A stretch of DNA of 64,000 bases from assembly GCF_028641065.1 (NCBI RefSeq), contig NC_073404.1, positions 14,322,001 to 14,386,000 on the forward strand, given 5' to 3'. The first letter of the stretch is position 1; every line of letters starts with the position of its first letter. Shown here one piece after another: positions 1-23,955 of this stretch. The notes below the pieces were generated by a model that had not been told where the DNA came from, searched no databases, and worked only from the letters and a program-made list of their open reading frames with translations. A program made the position numbers and the translations under genes. The DNA comes from Leucoraja erinacea. Lineage: Eukaryota.

Positions 1-2499
1 GGCAATGAAACATCCAGTGTACAGAAACTCAAAAACTAACAATTTATTTCCAGTTTTGGTACTACAATTCAAAAACACAAATACACAAATAATTATTTTT
101 CCAGATGTAGCTAGAACAAGGGGTCTCAAATTCACCAATGATGCCAAGACATTTTACTCTTCATTTGCAAATGCTTTCAAAAGTACATTTTGGAAATAAT
201 GTTCAAATCCTTACATTTTAGGTTCAAACAAGTAAATCTGCTAATTCCATCCAGCAGAGGATGGAATTAGCAGATTTTGAATAATTATGAGGCATGGAAT
301 GGAACTGAGTGGGTAAATGGAGTTAATAGTTCACAATTAATTGCATGGCAAAATACAGCAGAGGGGTCTGAACGCCAACTGCTAACCAATATTTCCAAAT
401 CGCACTTGAGAAATCTGGATGTAAGGAAAGCCTAAAGATGGGAAGGGATTAAAAAAAAGACAATTTACCTGAGATGAGATTGAATTTCAATCTCTCTTCG
501 GAGTTGATGTTCAACATTTTCGCTCTCAAGCTGGGACTTGAAAAGCACTTTCAGTGCCAGAATAAACCTTGATTCCCGATCACGAGCCAAGTACACATTC
601 CCAAATTTTCCTTCCCAAGAGGGCATCCGATGTCAAGTTCTCTCAAACACCACCAATTTCTGAAAGTCCAAATATTTCTTTTAAATCCAAAATAAAAACG
701 TACTGACACTCAGATAAGAAAATACAATAAACGGAGGGAAGAGATAAAAACAAGAGGCTTTGCAGTGAGGCACCTATCAACAGTGACCAATGGAAAGCGG
801 GATTAATACATCACATGATTGGGAATCTCAGAATGTGGGGACTTTCATCCCATTTTAATCTTTATCTATGCAGTTGGATACTATTACATAGGAGCGCACG
901 AAATTCTCATATTTAGCACGACTCGTCACTATAGGAAGAAGACCTTCTGAGCAGTGAATGCGCATCAGCAATTAACACTTCTATCCGGACTATTACATCA
1001 AGTACGGCTGTGCAATCAGTTCAATGTATAGGCACAGCATTGTATGGGTTGATCCACAAAATTGCTCAAATGTGGTATATTCCATGGGGATTCGATTCCC
1101 ATACGTGTTATTTTCAATCGACTTTTGATCAGTTAAAGTTTCCCAACACCAACGGACCACCATTAATATGTAGGGTAAAGACTGACAAACATCTTCGACA
1201 AACACTGCCTTGACACGGTTCATCTAAAGAACATGTCAGTTTTATACACCAACCTACAATAAATGCATGTCCATATGATAGCTTGGAACAGTTGCTCCAA
1301 CAAATAGTTGGACCCTTTGGCCCAATAAATACGAAGGTCATCGGTCCGTTGAATAATTGATCATTTTCCCCTTTTTTCCCCTCAGACACTTAAATGTAGG
1401 GGGAAATCTGCTTTTGTAAAAAAAAAAAAAAATCGGAGGGATTTTAAAAACAGCTGTGTTACAGTTGTACAAGATAATTGGGCAGCACAGTGACGCAGTC
1501 TTAATTTGCTGCCATATAGCGGCAGAGTGCCGGGTTCTTTCCTGAATACGGGCGCTGTCTGTACGGAGTTTGTTCGTTCTCCCCGTGACCTGCATGGATT
1601 TTCTCTGGGAGCTCCGGTTACCGCCCACACTAGGTTTGTATAGGAAGGAACTACATGTGCTGGTTATACACCGAAGATTTGTAGATTAGTTGGGCTGGTA
1701 TAATTGTCCCTAGTGTATGTGCGTGTGTGTAGGATAGTATTAGTGGCGGTGGTGGGGGCGAACGAAGGGCCTGTTTCCGCGCTGTATCTCTAAAGTTTAG
1801 AGCAAACTAACGTGTATGTTCCTGTGCTACGACAGAACCTGTTATTATAGCCCATCGCACAGAATGTGTTAAGAGCTTGCTGCGGGCCGGATGTGGCCCA
1901 CGGGCCATAGTTTGGAGACCCCTAATTTAGCCTGCAGGCTACAGGAATTACACTGCAGCATTACTATTGAAATTGCTTCTATGAAACGGGTTGCGATGGT
2001 TGGCGGCAATAGGTATGTGCTGGAAAGGCAAGAATGACGGATCACCTGTGGTTTTGAAGAAGAAAGACACTATGCAAAGCTTGATAAGTACATTGAAGAA
2101 AATAGGAGATGTATTCCAAATTGCAATATCTCAGTAAACGACAAACTGCTGGAGTAACTCAGCGGGACAAGCAGCATCTCTGGAGAGAAGCAATGGGTTG
2201 AGACCCTTCTTCAGTTTGCAAGACCTCACGTCCTTTGGACAAACCAATTTACATAGCACTAATTCAACTGCTTTCAGAAGTGCAGATCCAGCAGAGAGAT
2301 CACACCTCAATACAAGATTAACTGTAATACTTACTTAACCACCACCTGCTGGGTTTCAGGTGCTGTTGCTACGTTCTGATCTCCAGATCCCAAAGCTACA
2401 GAAAAATTGTAAAGACATGCATCAGATTATTTTGTTCTTGTGTTCTATAAACAGTGTTCCAGATTGAGAAGTATTTTTTTGTACCGAGTAATACGACAA

Positions 2500-3680
2500 T
2501 GGAACACCCCATTCACTCCAGCTCATCCATGTCAACCACCTACTCAAGTTCCAGTTGCCACATTTGGTCCATATTTCTCTAAACCTTTCCTATCCTTGTG
2601 CTTTCCCAAATGTATTTAAAAAATTGTTATTGTGCCTGGTCCAACTATTTCCTCTGGTAGCTTATCCATCTACTCACCACCCTCTGTCTCAAAAATTCTG
2701 CCCCTCAGATTCCAATTAAATCTTTCCTCTCTCACTTGAAACCTATCCCCTCTAATTCTTGACTCACTAACCCCGGGAAAAGACTGAGTGCATTCATCCT
2801 CCCTATGTCCCTCGTGGTTTTATAAATCTCAAAGATCAGCCCTCAACATCCTACATTCCAAGGTATGGATAAGAGTAGGATATGGGCATGAATGGTATGA
2901 TGAGCAGAGTATGCAAGGCCATGGAAGCACAGATAGATATACAGGAGTCTGATGCGCCACATTTGAAGTATTGAGTTCAGTTTTTGTCACCCCACTCTTG
3001 GAAGAATGTCTATAAGATGGAAAGAGTGCAAGAAGACGAGGATGTTGCCACCCAAGGGACTGAGCAATAAGGGGAGATTGTGCAAGCTAGGAGTTTGTTT
3101 CTTGGAGCACAGGAGTCTTAAGGGGTGATTTTATGGAGGTGTACAAAATCATGACTGGAATTTATTAATTGCACAGAATGCACAGAATCATGTACCCAGG
3201 GTAAAGGAATCACAGTGCATGCTTAAGGTGTGAGGGGAAAGATTTCATTGAAACCCAAGGAGCAACTTTTTACATTCGGATGGGGTGGGTGGGGAGGAAG
3301 ATATGAAATAAGCTGGCAGTGGAGGTAGTTGAGGCAGGTACAATAACATTCAAAAGACACTTGGACTTGGATAGGAAAGGTTTAGAGGGATGTGGCCAAA
3401 CGCAGGTGACTAGATTGGATGGGACATCTTGGCATGGATGAGTTGGGCTGAACGGCCTTCTTCCGTGCTGTATGACTTTATGCAAGCCTTCATCGGCCAA
3501 GACGTGGAATACAAGAACATGAAGATCACAGTATGACTTTATAAAACTTGGCTTCGGCCATAATTGGAGTACTATATGCAATTCTGTTCTCGATATTATT
3601 GGAAGAACATGATGGAACTGAAGAAGGTGCAGATATGCCAGGATGTGGATTGGGTTGAAATGTTTCAGTGACGAGATCCC
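2500..3680. mobile_element. Nested degenerate CR1 3' fragments in both orientations (duplicate at about 20030-21210)
   Basis: CR1-like GDL.EVYKIM remnants and 3' UTR-like sequence. Confidence 0.55.
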
Positions 3681-3699
3681 GAGCTTTATCAGCTTTAAT

Positions 3700-4060
3700 T
3701 GATGCGGGGGAGCGGGAAGAAGAAAGGAAGAGGAGGAGCCAGAAGGAGAGCTGGGAAGGGGAGGAGACAGCAAGGACTACCGGAAATTGGAGAAGTCAAT
3801 GTTCAAGCCGCTGGGGGTAGAACATTGCCCCAGCGGCTTGAAAATTGACTTCTCCAATTTCCGGTAACCCTTGCTGCCCTCTGACTCCTCCTCTTCATTT
3901 CTTCTTCCCGCCCCCCCACCCTGCATCAGTCTGAAGTATGGTTTTGGCCCGAAACGTGGCCTATTTCCTTCGCTCCATAGATGCTGCGGCACCCTCTGAG
4001 TTTCTCCAGCACTTTTGTCTACCTTCGATTTTCCAGCATCTGCGGTTCCTTCTTGAACAT
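3700..4060. mobile_element. Penelope-like element termini in inverted arrangement (duplicate at about 21230-21590)
   Basis: Coding end PSGLNIDFSNFR in both orientations; CTGAAG..GAAACGT hammerhead-like tail followed by GATGCTGC..GAGTTTCTCCAGC. Confidence 0.65.
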
Positions 4061-4534
4061 CAGCTTTAATTCACAATTCAGCTTTGTTGGGAATAATTGT
4101 ACACTAAAATCAATTAATACTTGAACCAGGAATATAAAAACACTGCCCTAATAGCAACAATTCACTAATCTGTATGTGGTTCCGGCATTGAACCGTAGTT
4201 AAGAGTAACCATGCTATTTTAGAAAAAACGGGGGGGGGGGGGAAAGTAACTAAGAGAATTATTCGTACATCAGTGGTAAGGAAACTCATGAAAATTATAA
4301 TGAAAGAAAGAACAGAGAACCAGGAAGAGAAAAATAGAACGAACTGCACCCTTCTGCATTAATGAAAGAAAAATCACATGTGACTAATTTTTCAAGGTAC
4401 TTTGAAAATACAACAGGTAGAATAGATAGCAAGCAAAGTGGATGTTGGCGAGTTATAATTCCAGATGGCTTTTGATAAAAAAAACACACAGATTGCTAAA
4501 CAACTTTAAAGCACATGGAAGCGAGTAATAGAGT

Positions 4535-5045
4535 GATACAGCGTGGAAACAGGTCCTTCAGCCCAACATGTCCCAGCTACCTAGATCCATCTGCCTGGGC
4601 TTGGTCCATATCCCTCCAAACCTGTCCTGTCCATGTACCTGCCTAACTATTTCTTCAATGTTGGGATAGTCCCAGCCTCAATTACATCCTCTGGCAGCTT
4701 GTTCCATACACCCACCACCCTTTGTGTGAAAAAGTATTCCTATTAGATTTCTATTAAATATTCCATTTGGAATATTTTGGACCAAGAAACCAAGAACCCC
4801 TTCACCTTAAACCTATGTCCTCTGGTTCTCAATTCACTCTACTCTGGGCAAGAGACTGTGCATCTACCCAATCCATTCCTCTCATAATTGTATACACCTC
4901 TATAAGATCACCCCTCATCCTCCTGCGCTCCAAGGAATAGAGTCCCAGCCTACTCAACCTCTCCCAATAGCTCAGACCCTCTAGTCCTGGCAACATCCTC
5001 GTAAATCTTATCTGTACCCTTTCCAGCTGGACATCTTTTCTATGA
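4535..5045 (-). mobile_element. CR1 3' end (duplicate at about 22073-22583)
   Basis: LERVQIRFTRMLPGLEGLSYWERL..RMRGDLIEVY. Confidence 0.8.
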
Positions 5046-5828
5046 GATATTATTGGCCAGATTATAATATAATTGACTAATATTGATTTCATTCAAACAA
5101 GGACCACGAGATTGTTGAGGATTTATATAGGCATGGAAAGTTGAAAAACAAGGTTGAAAAAACGTGCCACAAAGGGCCCATAGCTTCTAATATCATCAGA
5201 ACTCCCACACACTTTAGCATGCTCTCCCATGTTGACACTGCATACCTGTTGCCAGTGGTACGACAGTAGAAGCTTTGGACATGTTTCTCAAAGGCAATAT
5301 GGAAGACGATGCAGAAATGCACGATCCGCTCAACTGTTTCTTCAAATACTTTGGACTACCCAACCTGATCGAAGTCAGTGTCTGTGGAAGGGAGGAGAGC
5401 GAACTTACTGAAGTAGCTCCATAAGAACACCGATCCCAATGTCCACACATCACACCACCTCCCACTATCCTCCAGCCCCTTACTCACTGCCCCCCACCCC
5501 CCACCAGTCTCATTCCCCGACCCGCTCGCCAGTGCTCTAGTCTTCCTCTGCACCCCACTCCATTCATCTCCCGGCTCCCAGCCCGCCTCCCCTCACAGTA
5601 AAGGCCCACTCCCTCACCTGAGTGAGGCCCGGTGCCTGCGGGTCGTGGTTCTCCTTGGAGGTCATTGATTCCGGGGCGAAGCGCCAAGCTCCAGGCTCGG
5701 CTCCTCTCCGCAGGTGGCGCACCTCGATACCTCGATGTATATATCGGTAACTCCCTCCCTCCCTCCCTCCCCCTCTCTCTCTCTCTCTCACCTCTTCCAC
5801 CGCTCGAGCTCCGACCGTTGCCCCGCTT

Positions 5829-5985
5829 CAGTTCAAACCCGGACAGCCGTCTCCTAATTGGCTCGCTACAAAGTCTAAAAGCCGCCGCCATTGGCCAATT
5901 GTAACGGCATATCCGATTGGATAACCCGATCGTGTTGGCGATTGGCTCGTGTGTGTGCGTGTGTGCGACCAAGCCACCAATCAGC
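5829..5985 (-). promoter_or_regulatory. Duplicated AURKB promoter (CHR plus CCAAT boxes)
   Basis: Same motifs as 23365-23520; TTTGAA at 5832-5837 on minus. Confidence 0.65.
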
Positions 5986-6419
5986 TGGCGCGCCTCGGGC
6001 TCCCGCGTCTCCATCAAAGATACGACAGGAGCTCCTCGAGTAACTTTGGTCTCCATTAACCGGGATAGTTAACAAGTGCTGCAGCAACTCGGTTGTTTCC
6101 ACATTTCGTTCAATTCATCAAGATCATGGCGCATGTTCTATCATGGCTCAAATTTTCAGCTCGGTTTCCATTACTATTTACTACCTAGATAATCCAGTGG
6201 TTTTGAATCAACTGGTTGTGAGCCAATAATATGATAATTTGGACAATATTACAATAATAATATTGTTGGTTGATGGCGTCAATCAGAGATGCTTCCTCAC
6301 ACATCACAAGACAACATCTGTTCTTGACCATTCCCATTTCTCATCCACATGCACAGCAATGTTATCAGAAATCTAAGTTAATTTCCCCTTGCACCTGTTG
6401 ACTATTAAAGTGTCAGATT

Positions 6420-7645
6420 GCATTTGATAAGGTCCCACAGGAGATTAGTGGGCAAAATTAGGGCACATGGTATTGGGGGTAGAGTGCTGACATGGATAAA
6501 GAAGTGGTTGGCAGACAGGAAACATAGAGTAGGGATTTAAGGGTCCCTTTCGGAATGGCAGGCAGTGACTAGTCGGGTATCGCAAGGCTCGGTGCAGGGA
6601 CCGCAGCTATTTACAATATACATCAATGATTTGGATGAAGGGATTCAAAGTAACATTAGCAAATTTGCAGATGACACAAAATTGGGTGGCAGTGTGAACT
6701 GTGAGGAAAATGCTATGAGAATGCACGGTGACTTGGACAGGTTGGGGGAGTGGGCAGATGCATGGCAGATTAAGTTTAACGCGGATAAATGTGAGGTTAT
6801 CCGCTTTGGTAGCAAAAACAGAACACTATTTAAATTGCATCAAGTTGGGAAAAGGGGAAGTACAACGGGATCTGGGGGTCCTTGTTCATCAGTCTATGAA
6901 ATTAAGCATTTAAGAAGGAACTGCAGATGCTGGAAAATCGAAGGTACACAAAAATGCTGGAGAAACTCAGCGGGAGCAGCAGCATCTATGGAGCGAAGGA
7001 AATAGGCAACGTTTCGGGCGGAAACACTTCTTCAGACTGAAAGTAAGCATGCAGGTACAGCAGGCAGTGAAGAAAGCGAATGGCATGTTGGACTTTATAA
7101 CAAGAGGAATCGAATATTGGAGCAAAGAGGGTCTTCTGCATTTGTACAGAGCCTAATGAGACCACACCTGGAGTATTGTGTGCAGTTTTGGTCCCCTAAT
7201 TTGCGGAAAGACATTCTTGCTATTGAGGGAGTGCAGCGTAGGTTTACAAGTTTAATTCCCGGGATGGCGGGACTGTCATATGCTGAGAGAATGGAGCAGC
7301 TGGGCTTGTATACTCTGGAGTTTAGAAGGATGAGAGGAATATCTCATTGAAACATATAAGATTGTTAAGGGTTTGGACACACTAGAGGCAGGAAACATGC
7401 TCCTGATGTTGGGGGAGTCCAGAACCAGGGGCCACAGTTTAAGAATGAGTAAGCCATTTAGAACGGAGACGAGGAAACACTTTTTCCTCACAGAGAGTGG
7501 CGAGTCTGTGGAATTCTCTGCCTCGGAGGGCGGTGGAGGCAGGTTCTCTGGATGCTTTCAAGAGCTAGATAGGGCTCTTAAAAAAAATCGGAATCAGGGG
7601 ATATGGGGATAAGGCAGGAACGGGGTACTGATTGTGGATGACAGC
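6420..7645 (+). mobile_element. CR1 LINE 3' fragment, interrupted by a Penelope terminus at 6912-7040
   Basis: [50 protein letters not shown]. Confidence 0.88.
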
Positions 7646-7809
7646 TGGGTCCATATACCTCTTAGGCATGATATCAGCAAGACACGTCTCTCGTGTTCGA
7701 AGATCCATGAAGTTGAGGTGCATCCAAAATTGCTGCATGTCCTATTGAAAATTCCAATCAATTCTTTGCTTGCTAGCCTACATCATTCCTCAGTTAAAGC
7801 ATCTTGAGA

Positions 7810-8135
7810 CTTGGCCCATGACTAGTGGTGTACCTCAGGGGTCAGTGTTGGCCCCATTGTTGTTTGTCAGTTATATTAATGATTTGGATGAGAATGTACA
7901 AGGCCTGGTTAGTAAATTTGCAGATGATGCTAAAATAAGTGATATTGTAGACAGTAAATAGTCAAGAATAATAACAGGATATTGATCAGCTGAGAAGTGT
8001 GCAGAAGAACAGCAAATGCAGTTTGATTCAAATGATGAGGTTGCTTTTTGGGAAGTCAAACCAAAAGTAGGACATTCTCAATGAACGCTGGCCTTCATCA
8101 GTCAGGGGATTGAGTATAGAAGTTAGGACATTGTA
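7810..8135 (+). mobile_element. CR1 RT fragment (duplicate at about 25345-25670)
   Basis: SGVPQGSVLAPLLF..YINDLD..SKFADD. Confidence 0.75.
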
Positions 8136-11072
8136 TCAGAGAGTAAAACACAAAGTGCTAGAGTAACCCAGCGGGCCAGGTAGCCTCCCTGGAGGACATG
8201 GATAGTCAATATTGAGTCGGGACACATCTCCAAACTCAAAATAAAATTAATACCCGTTTCTACACTTCCTCCCTCACATCCATCATGGACCCTATCAGCC
8301 CTTCTCAGCGAGAGTGATTGATATCCACCTCCTCTAACCTCAAAAAAACATGCAACATTATGTTACACCTAAACACAATGTCAGTGATGCTCCACTTGGA
8401 GGACTGCATTGGTGGTTGTCTCCATTCACAGCACAGCGAACATCCAAGGCACAAATTTAAGGTGTGTTGTGAAAAAGACTGCCTACATAAGGAGAAATAA
8501 ACCTTGGCCAATGTGAGGCTTGGAATTAATTGGTCTTTCTTTTAATGGTACTGATGCTGGAATTTGGGAAATTTATGATCTTACTAATCCTTGCCACCAT
8601 TATCCAGCTTCTGTTAAATCATTATTTATTGTACTTGCATCCCCTGCAAGTTTTGCATTGCTCTTGTGAGTCGTGAAGTGCATATAGAGTTACTCGCTGC
8701 ACCACAAGTTTAATTGAAAGGGACAGTTGAACAAAATCTATATAACTAATGTTCATTAACTTAAAAAAAAAAGCAAGAAACAGTTGATTCACCTTTAAAC
8801 TGAAGATAAAAGTTGATCCATATTAAAGCTAACTACAGTGGTCAGGTTTCCAAATAATGCATTTTGAACTGAACATTTAAAAAATTCATTATCACCAATT
8901 AAAACCAAAATTAGCATTGGAATCAGTTGGTTATGTTCTTCATATTGTTGGTGTCTAAACGTATGAAGCTGTTTCCGAATGGGATGACTAATAATAAAAT
9001 CTCTCTTGCCTTTTCGTAACTGCCTTTTGAAGAATGGAACTTGGAGATGTGGAGTATTCATTTGAGAAATGTTGGACTACCTTGAAGATTATATAGTCAT
9101 TGTCCTCATACACATATATCAATTTTCCAAGCACATTTCTTTTATAATTTGACATCTTTTAGCAATTATTTGAATATTACCCAAGATTCCTACAAGGATT
9201 CCTACACTTGGTCACTGGTTGCCTTGGTCTGTGGATTAGTTTTGTTCCCAGAACATTTAGTTTAAACTCAGCCCAATGAGAAGTTACTGAACTATTTCCT
9301 TTAGCACTGTGCAGCATTTGGAGACTTGGTGGCTTTTTGCCACTAGCAGGAAAAAGCTGTTTGAAACATGGTGCAGAGGTTGTTGTGTTTGGCTGAGACA
9401 TTCTAGAATTGTAATCTGTTGAAGACCCTGACAGTAAGCAAATAGCAGTGTATGCCAGCACAGTCATTGCAGAGGTAAGGTTGCACATAATTCCATTAAA
9501 TCATGTTGAGAGGTTTGGATTAAGGGAACAATAGATCAGCCAATTAAATGGTTTGCAATTTCAGACATTTTGAAAACTCATTCTATTTCTACCAAAATAT
9601 TTGTAGATGAACATTTAAGAAAATAATTATGCATTGTTTTAACATGTATCCATGAACTTTTCATTTAAGCCTCTTAAAACAGCAAATTTACCATAAATTT
9701 AGATTCCTTACTCTGTGTTCCTCAGCACTTGCTTTAAATAGAAAACTAGTACAGTATTATAAAATTGGATGCCTCGGGCACTCCCATTTGAACCCTGATC
9801 TAAATATGGTATGTATGACCTGACTGGCCAATTGAACCAGAAGATATTGTCTGCAGTTTTAAAATTATATGTATATATAGTTCCTCTTATCAGAATTGAC
9901 TTTAAAGCATTGATCAGTTGTGGCTGATTAAGCAACATGAAATCCTGGCAGTAATAAAGTACAGTGCAAAAGTGCAGAGGGAAAAAGGTGATATGTTTCC
10001 ATATTCCTTTGTCCATTGTTGGGACTATCATGTGCCGTTTCCCTAGATCATAGCATGTCTGTATTTATTTAGTCCAGTGGTGTAACCACGTTTTAACTGC
10101 CTACGCCTCCTAATGCAAAGCTTCTCAGACACTTTGATACAAGAGCCACGTCTTACTGACACAAGTTATCGGTGTCTTCAAGTGTGGATGTACAATTCTG
10201 CTGTTTACAGACTTAAAATGTAATCAATTTAACTATACTGAAGGTGTCTTTATGAAGAAAGTGTTTAAATAAAATAAAAGCTGCTGGAGTAAACGTGATA
10301 TTATTCTGATACATGAAACATTTTAACTTCAGACCTTTCTTTGACATACTTGCACGTAGTAACTTTGGAAAAATCAATCACCTAGCTTACATCCCCTGAG
10401 CATGAACTTCTGCCACCTCACAAGCATTACAGGTTTAGCTATGAAGAAATGTCCTGATCTGGAACATCTGTTTGTTTCCTTCCACGGATTCTGTTTGACC
10501 TACTAGGTTCCTTCAGCATTTTTTTTTTTTTTTTTAGAAGATCCAGTTTCAACTGAGTACTGTGATCTAGGTCAGAGGTATCATTGGATTCTTGGTGCTG
10601 CTTTCCTTGTGCAAACTACAAGTTAAATTCTGCTTTTTAAATTTGGGTTTTCACAAATATTGGAGGGGGGAAAAAAAAACAATATACTTTGGCCCATTTT
10701 TGTAATAAATTAAATGTCTGGATATACAGCTGAGATAAATAGACATCAAATCGCAGAATACACTCCAGCCAAGGCTCAAACCAGCTGAAGAGTGTTGTTA
10801 TGCTTTGATATTTGACATGCAAATGTTAACAGCCCAATTTTCACGTATTTAAACTGACTGAAAACAATTGTCACTGGAGGAATAGTTAAAAGACCTTCTC
10901 TGCTATTTCACAAGCCACACAGGTCAATATTTCAGAACCCAACTCTTAAAATTAGGCTTCTGAATAGGCCCCTTTGTAGTGTAGATGTAGATGTAGAATC
11001 AATTTCCTTAGGCCATTAAAGTGTAAATACTCAAATTCTTCAAAATGATAAACTGTTTTAGAATTCAACAGA

Positions 11073-11078
11073 TTTATT
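11073..11078 (-). terminator. Candidate AURKB polyadenylation signal
   Basis: AATAAA on the minus strand about 340 nt after the stop. Confidence 0.5.
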
Positions 11079-11413
11079 TGCAAATCAATGGAAAAACTTT
11101 AAAAAAGCATCATTTTCATTGCTTTAGCTACAAACAGTCAACTCCAGGTAGTTCTGAATTACTGTTTAAGGGTTATGATACAGGCATGTAGTTTAAACAA
11201 AATGCAGATGCAGGTCACTTTAATATTTAAGCAAGTGGAAAAACTGGGTAGAAAACATGACTTGCATTATATATTTGCTGACAAATCTAAATATCAGTGT
11301 ATACAGTTCAAATAATGACTAAAACATGCAGGAAGACTGGTTCAGATGGAGGAAAAGCATATAATTTACAAAGTTCACGTTCAATATACATTTAAAGTAC
11401 AAGTCGGTTATCC

Positions 11414-23203
<11,790 letters not shown>

Positions 23204-23364
23204 TGATTCCGGGGCGAAGCGCCAAGCTCCAGGCTCGGCTCCTCTCCGCAGGTGGCGCACCTCGATACCTCGATGTATATATCGGTAACTCCCTCCCTCC
23301 CTCCTCCCCCTCTCTCCTCTCTCTCACCTCTTCCACCGCTCGAGCTCCGACCGTTGCCCCGCTT

Positions 23365-23520
23365 CAGTTCAAACCCGGACAGCCGTCTCCTAATTGGCTC
23401 GCTACAAAGTCTAAAAGCCGCCGCCATTGGCCAATTGTAACGGCATATCCGATTGGATAACCCGATCGTGTTGGCGATTGGCTCGTGTGTGTGCGTGTGT
23501 GCGACCAAGCCACCAATCAG
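23365..23520 (-). promoter_or_regulatory. AURKB G2/M-type promoter: CHR plus multiple CCAAT boxes in a CpG-rich region
   Basis: TTTGAA (CHR) at 23368-23373 on minus; ATTGG/CCAAT at 23393, 23426, 23431, 23452, 23477 and 23513. Confidence 0.75.
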
Positions 23521-23955
23521 CTGGCGCGCCTCGGGCTCCCGCGTCTCCATCAAAGATACGACAGGAGCTCCTCGAGTAACTTTGGTCTCCATTAACCGGG
23601 ATAGTTAACAAGTGCTGCAGCAACTCGGTTGTTTCCACATTTCGTTCAATTCATCAAGATCATGGCGCATGTTCTATCATGGCTCAAATTTTCAGCTCGG
23701 TTTCCATTACTATTTACTACCTAGATAATCCAGTGGTTTTGAATCAACTGGTTGTGAGCCAATAATATGATAATTTGGACAATATTACAATAATAATATT
23801 GTTGGTTGATGGCGTCAATCAGAGATGCTTCCTCACACATCACAAGACAACATCTGTTCTTGACCATTCCCATTTCTCATCCACATGCACAGCAATGTTA
23901 TCAGAAATCTAAGTTAATTTCCCCTTGCACCTGTTGACTATTAAAGTGTCAGATT

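Larger units (their letters stand above)
469..5665 (-). pseudogene. AURKB: Second AURKB copy (exons 1-4, continuing off the window start); exon 4 frameshifted as assembled
   Basis: Exons 5618-5665, 5246-5381 and 2335-2395 match the intact copy. Exon 4 (469-659) is 191 nt versus 189 nt, with a 1-nt loss in the GKGK codons and a garbled 5' part. May be an assembly artefact rather than a true pseudogene. Confidence 0.6.
1..8527. repeat. Segmental tandem duplicate of 16816-26060
   Basis: Direct near-identity; offset 16815 at the start, about 17530 after position 1400; identity ends at GCTTGGAATT (8527/26060). Confidence 0.97.

Noticed and set aside
3270-3773. 167-aa ORF (also 20800-21303)
   Set aside because: Antisense reading of CR1 and Penelope fragments
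5484-6102. GC-rich ORFs over the AURKB promoter (also 23022-23638)
   Set aside because: CpG-island read-through; frames differ between the two copies; only the 48-nt KEN exon is supported
9177-9488. 103-aa ORF with exon-like boundaries (9181-9427)
   Set aside because: No recognisable homology and no phase-compatible neighbouring exon found
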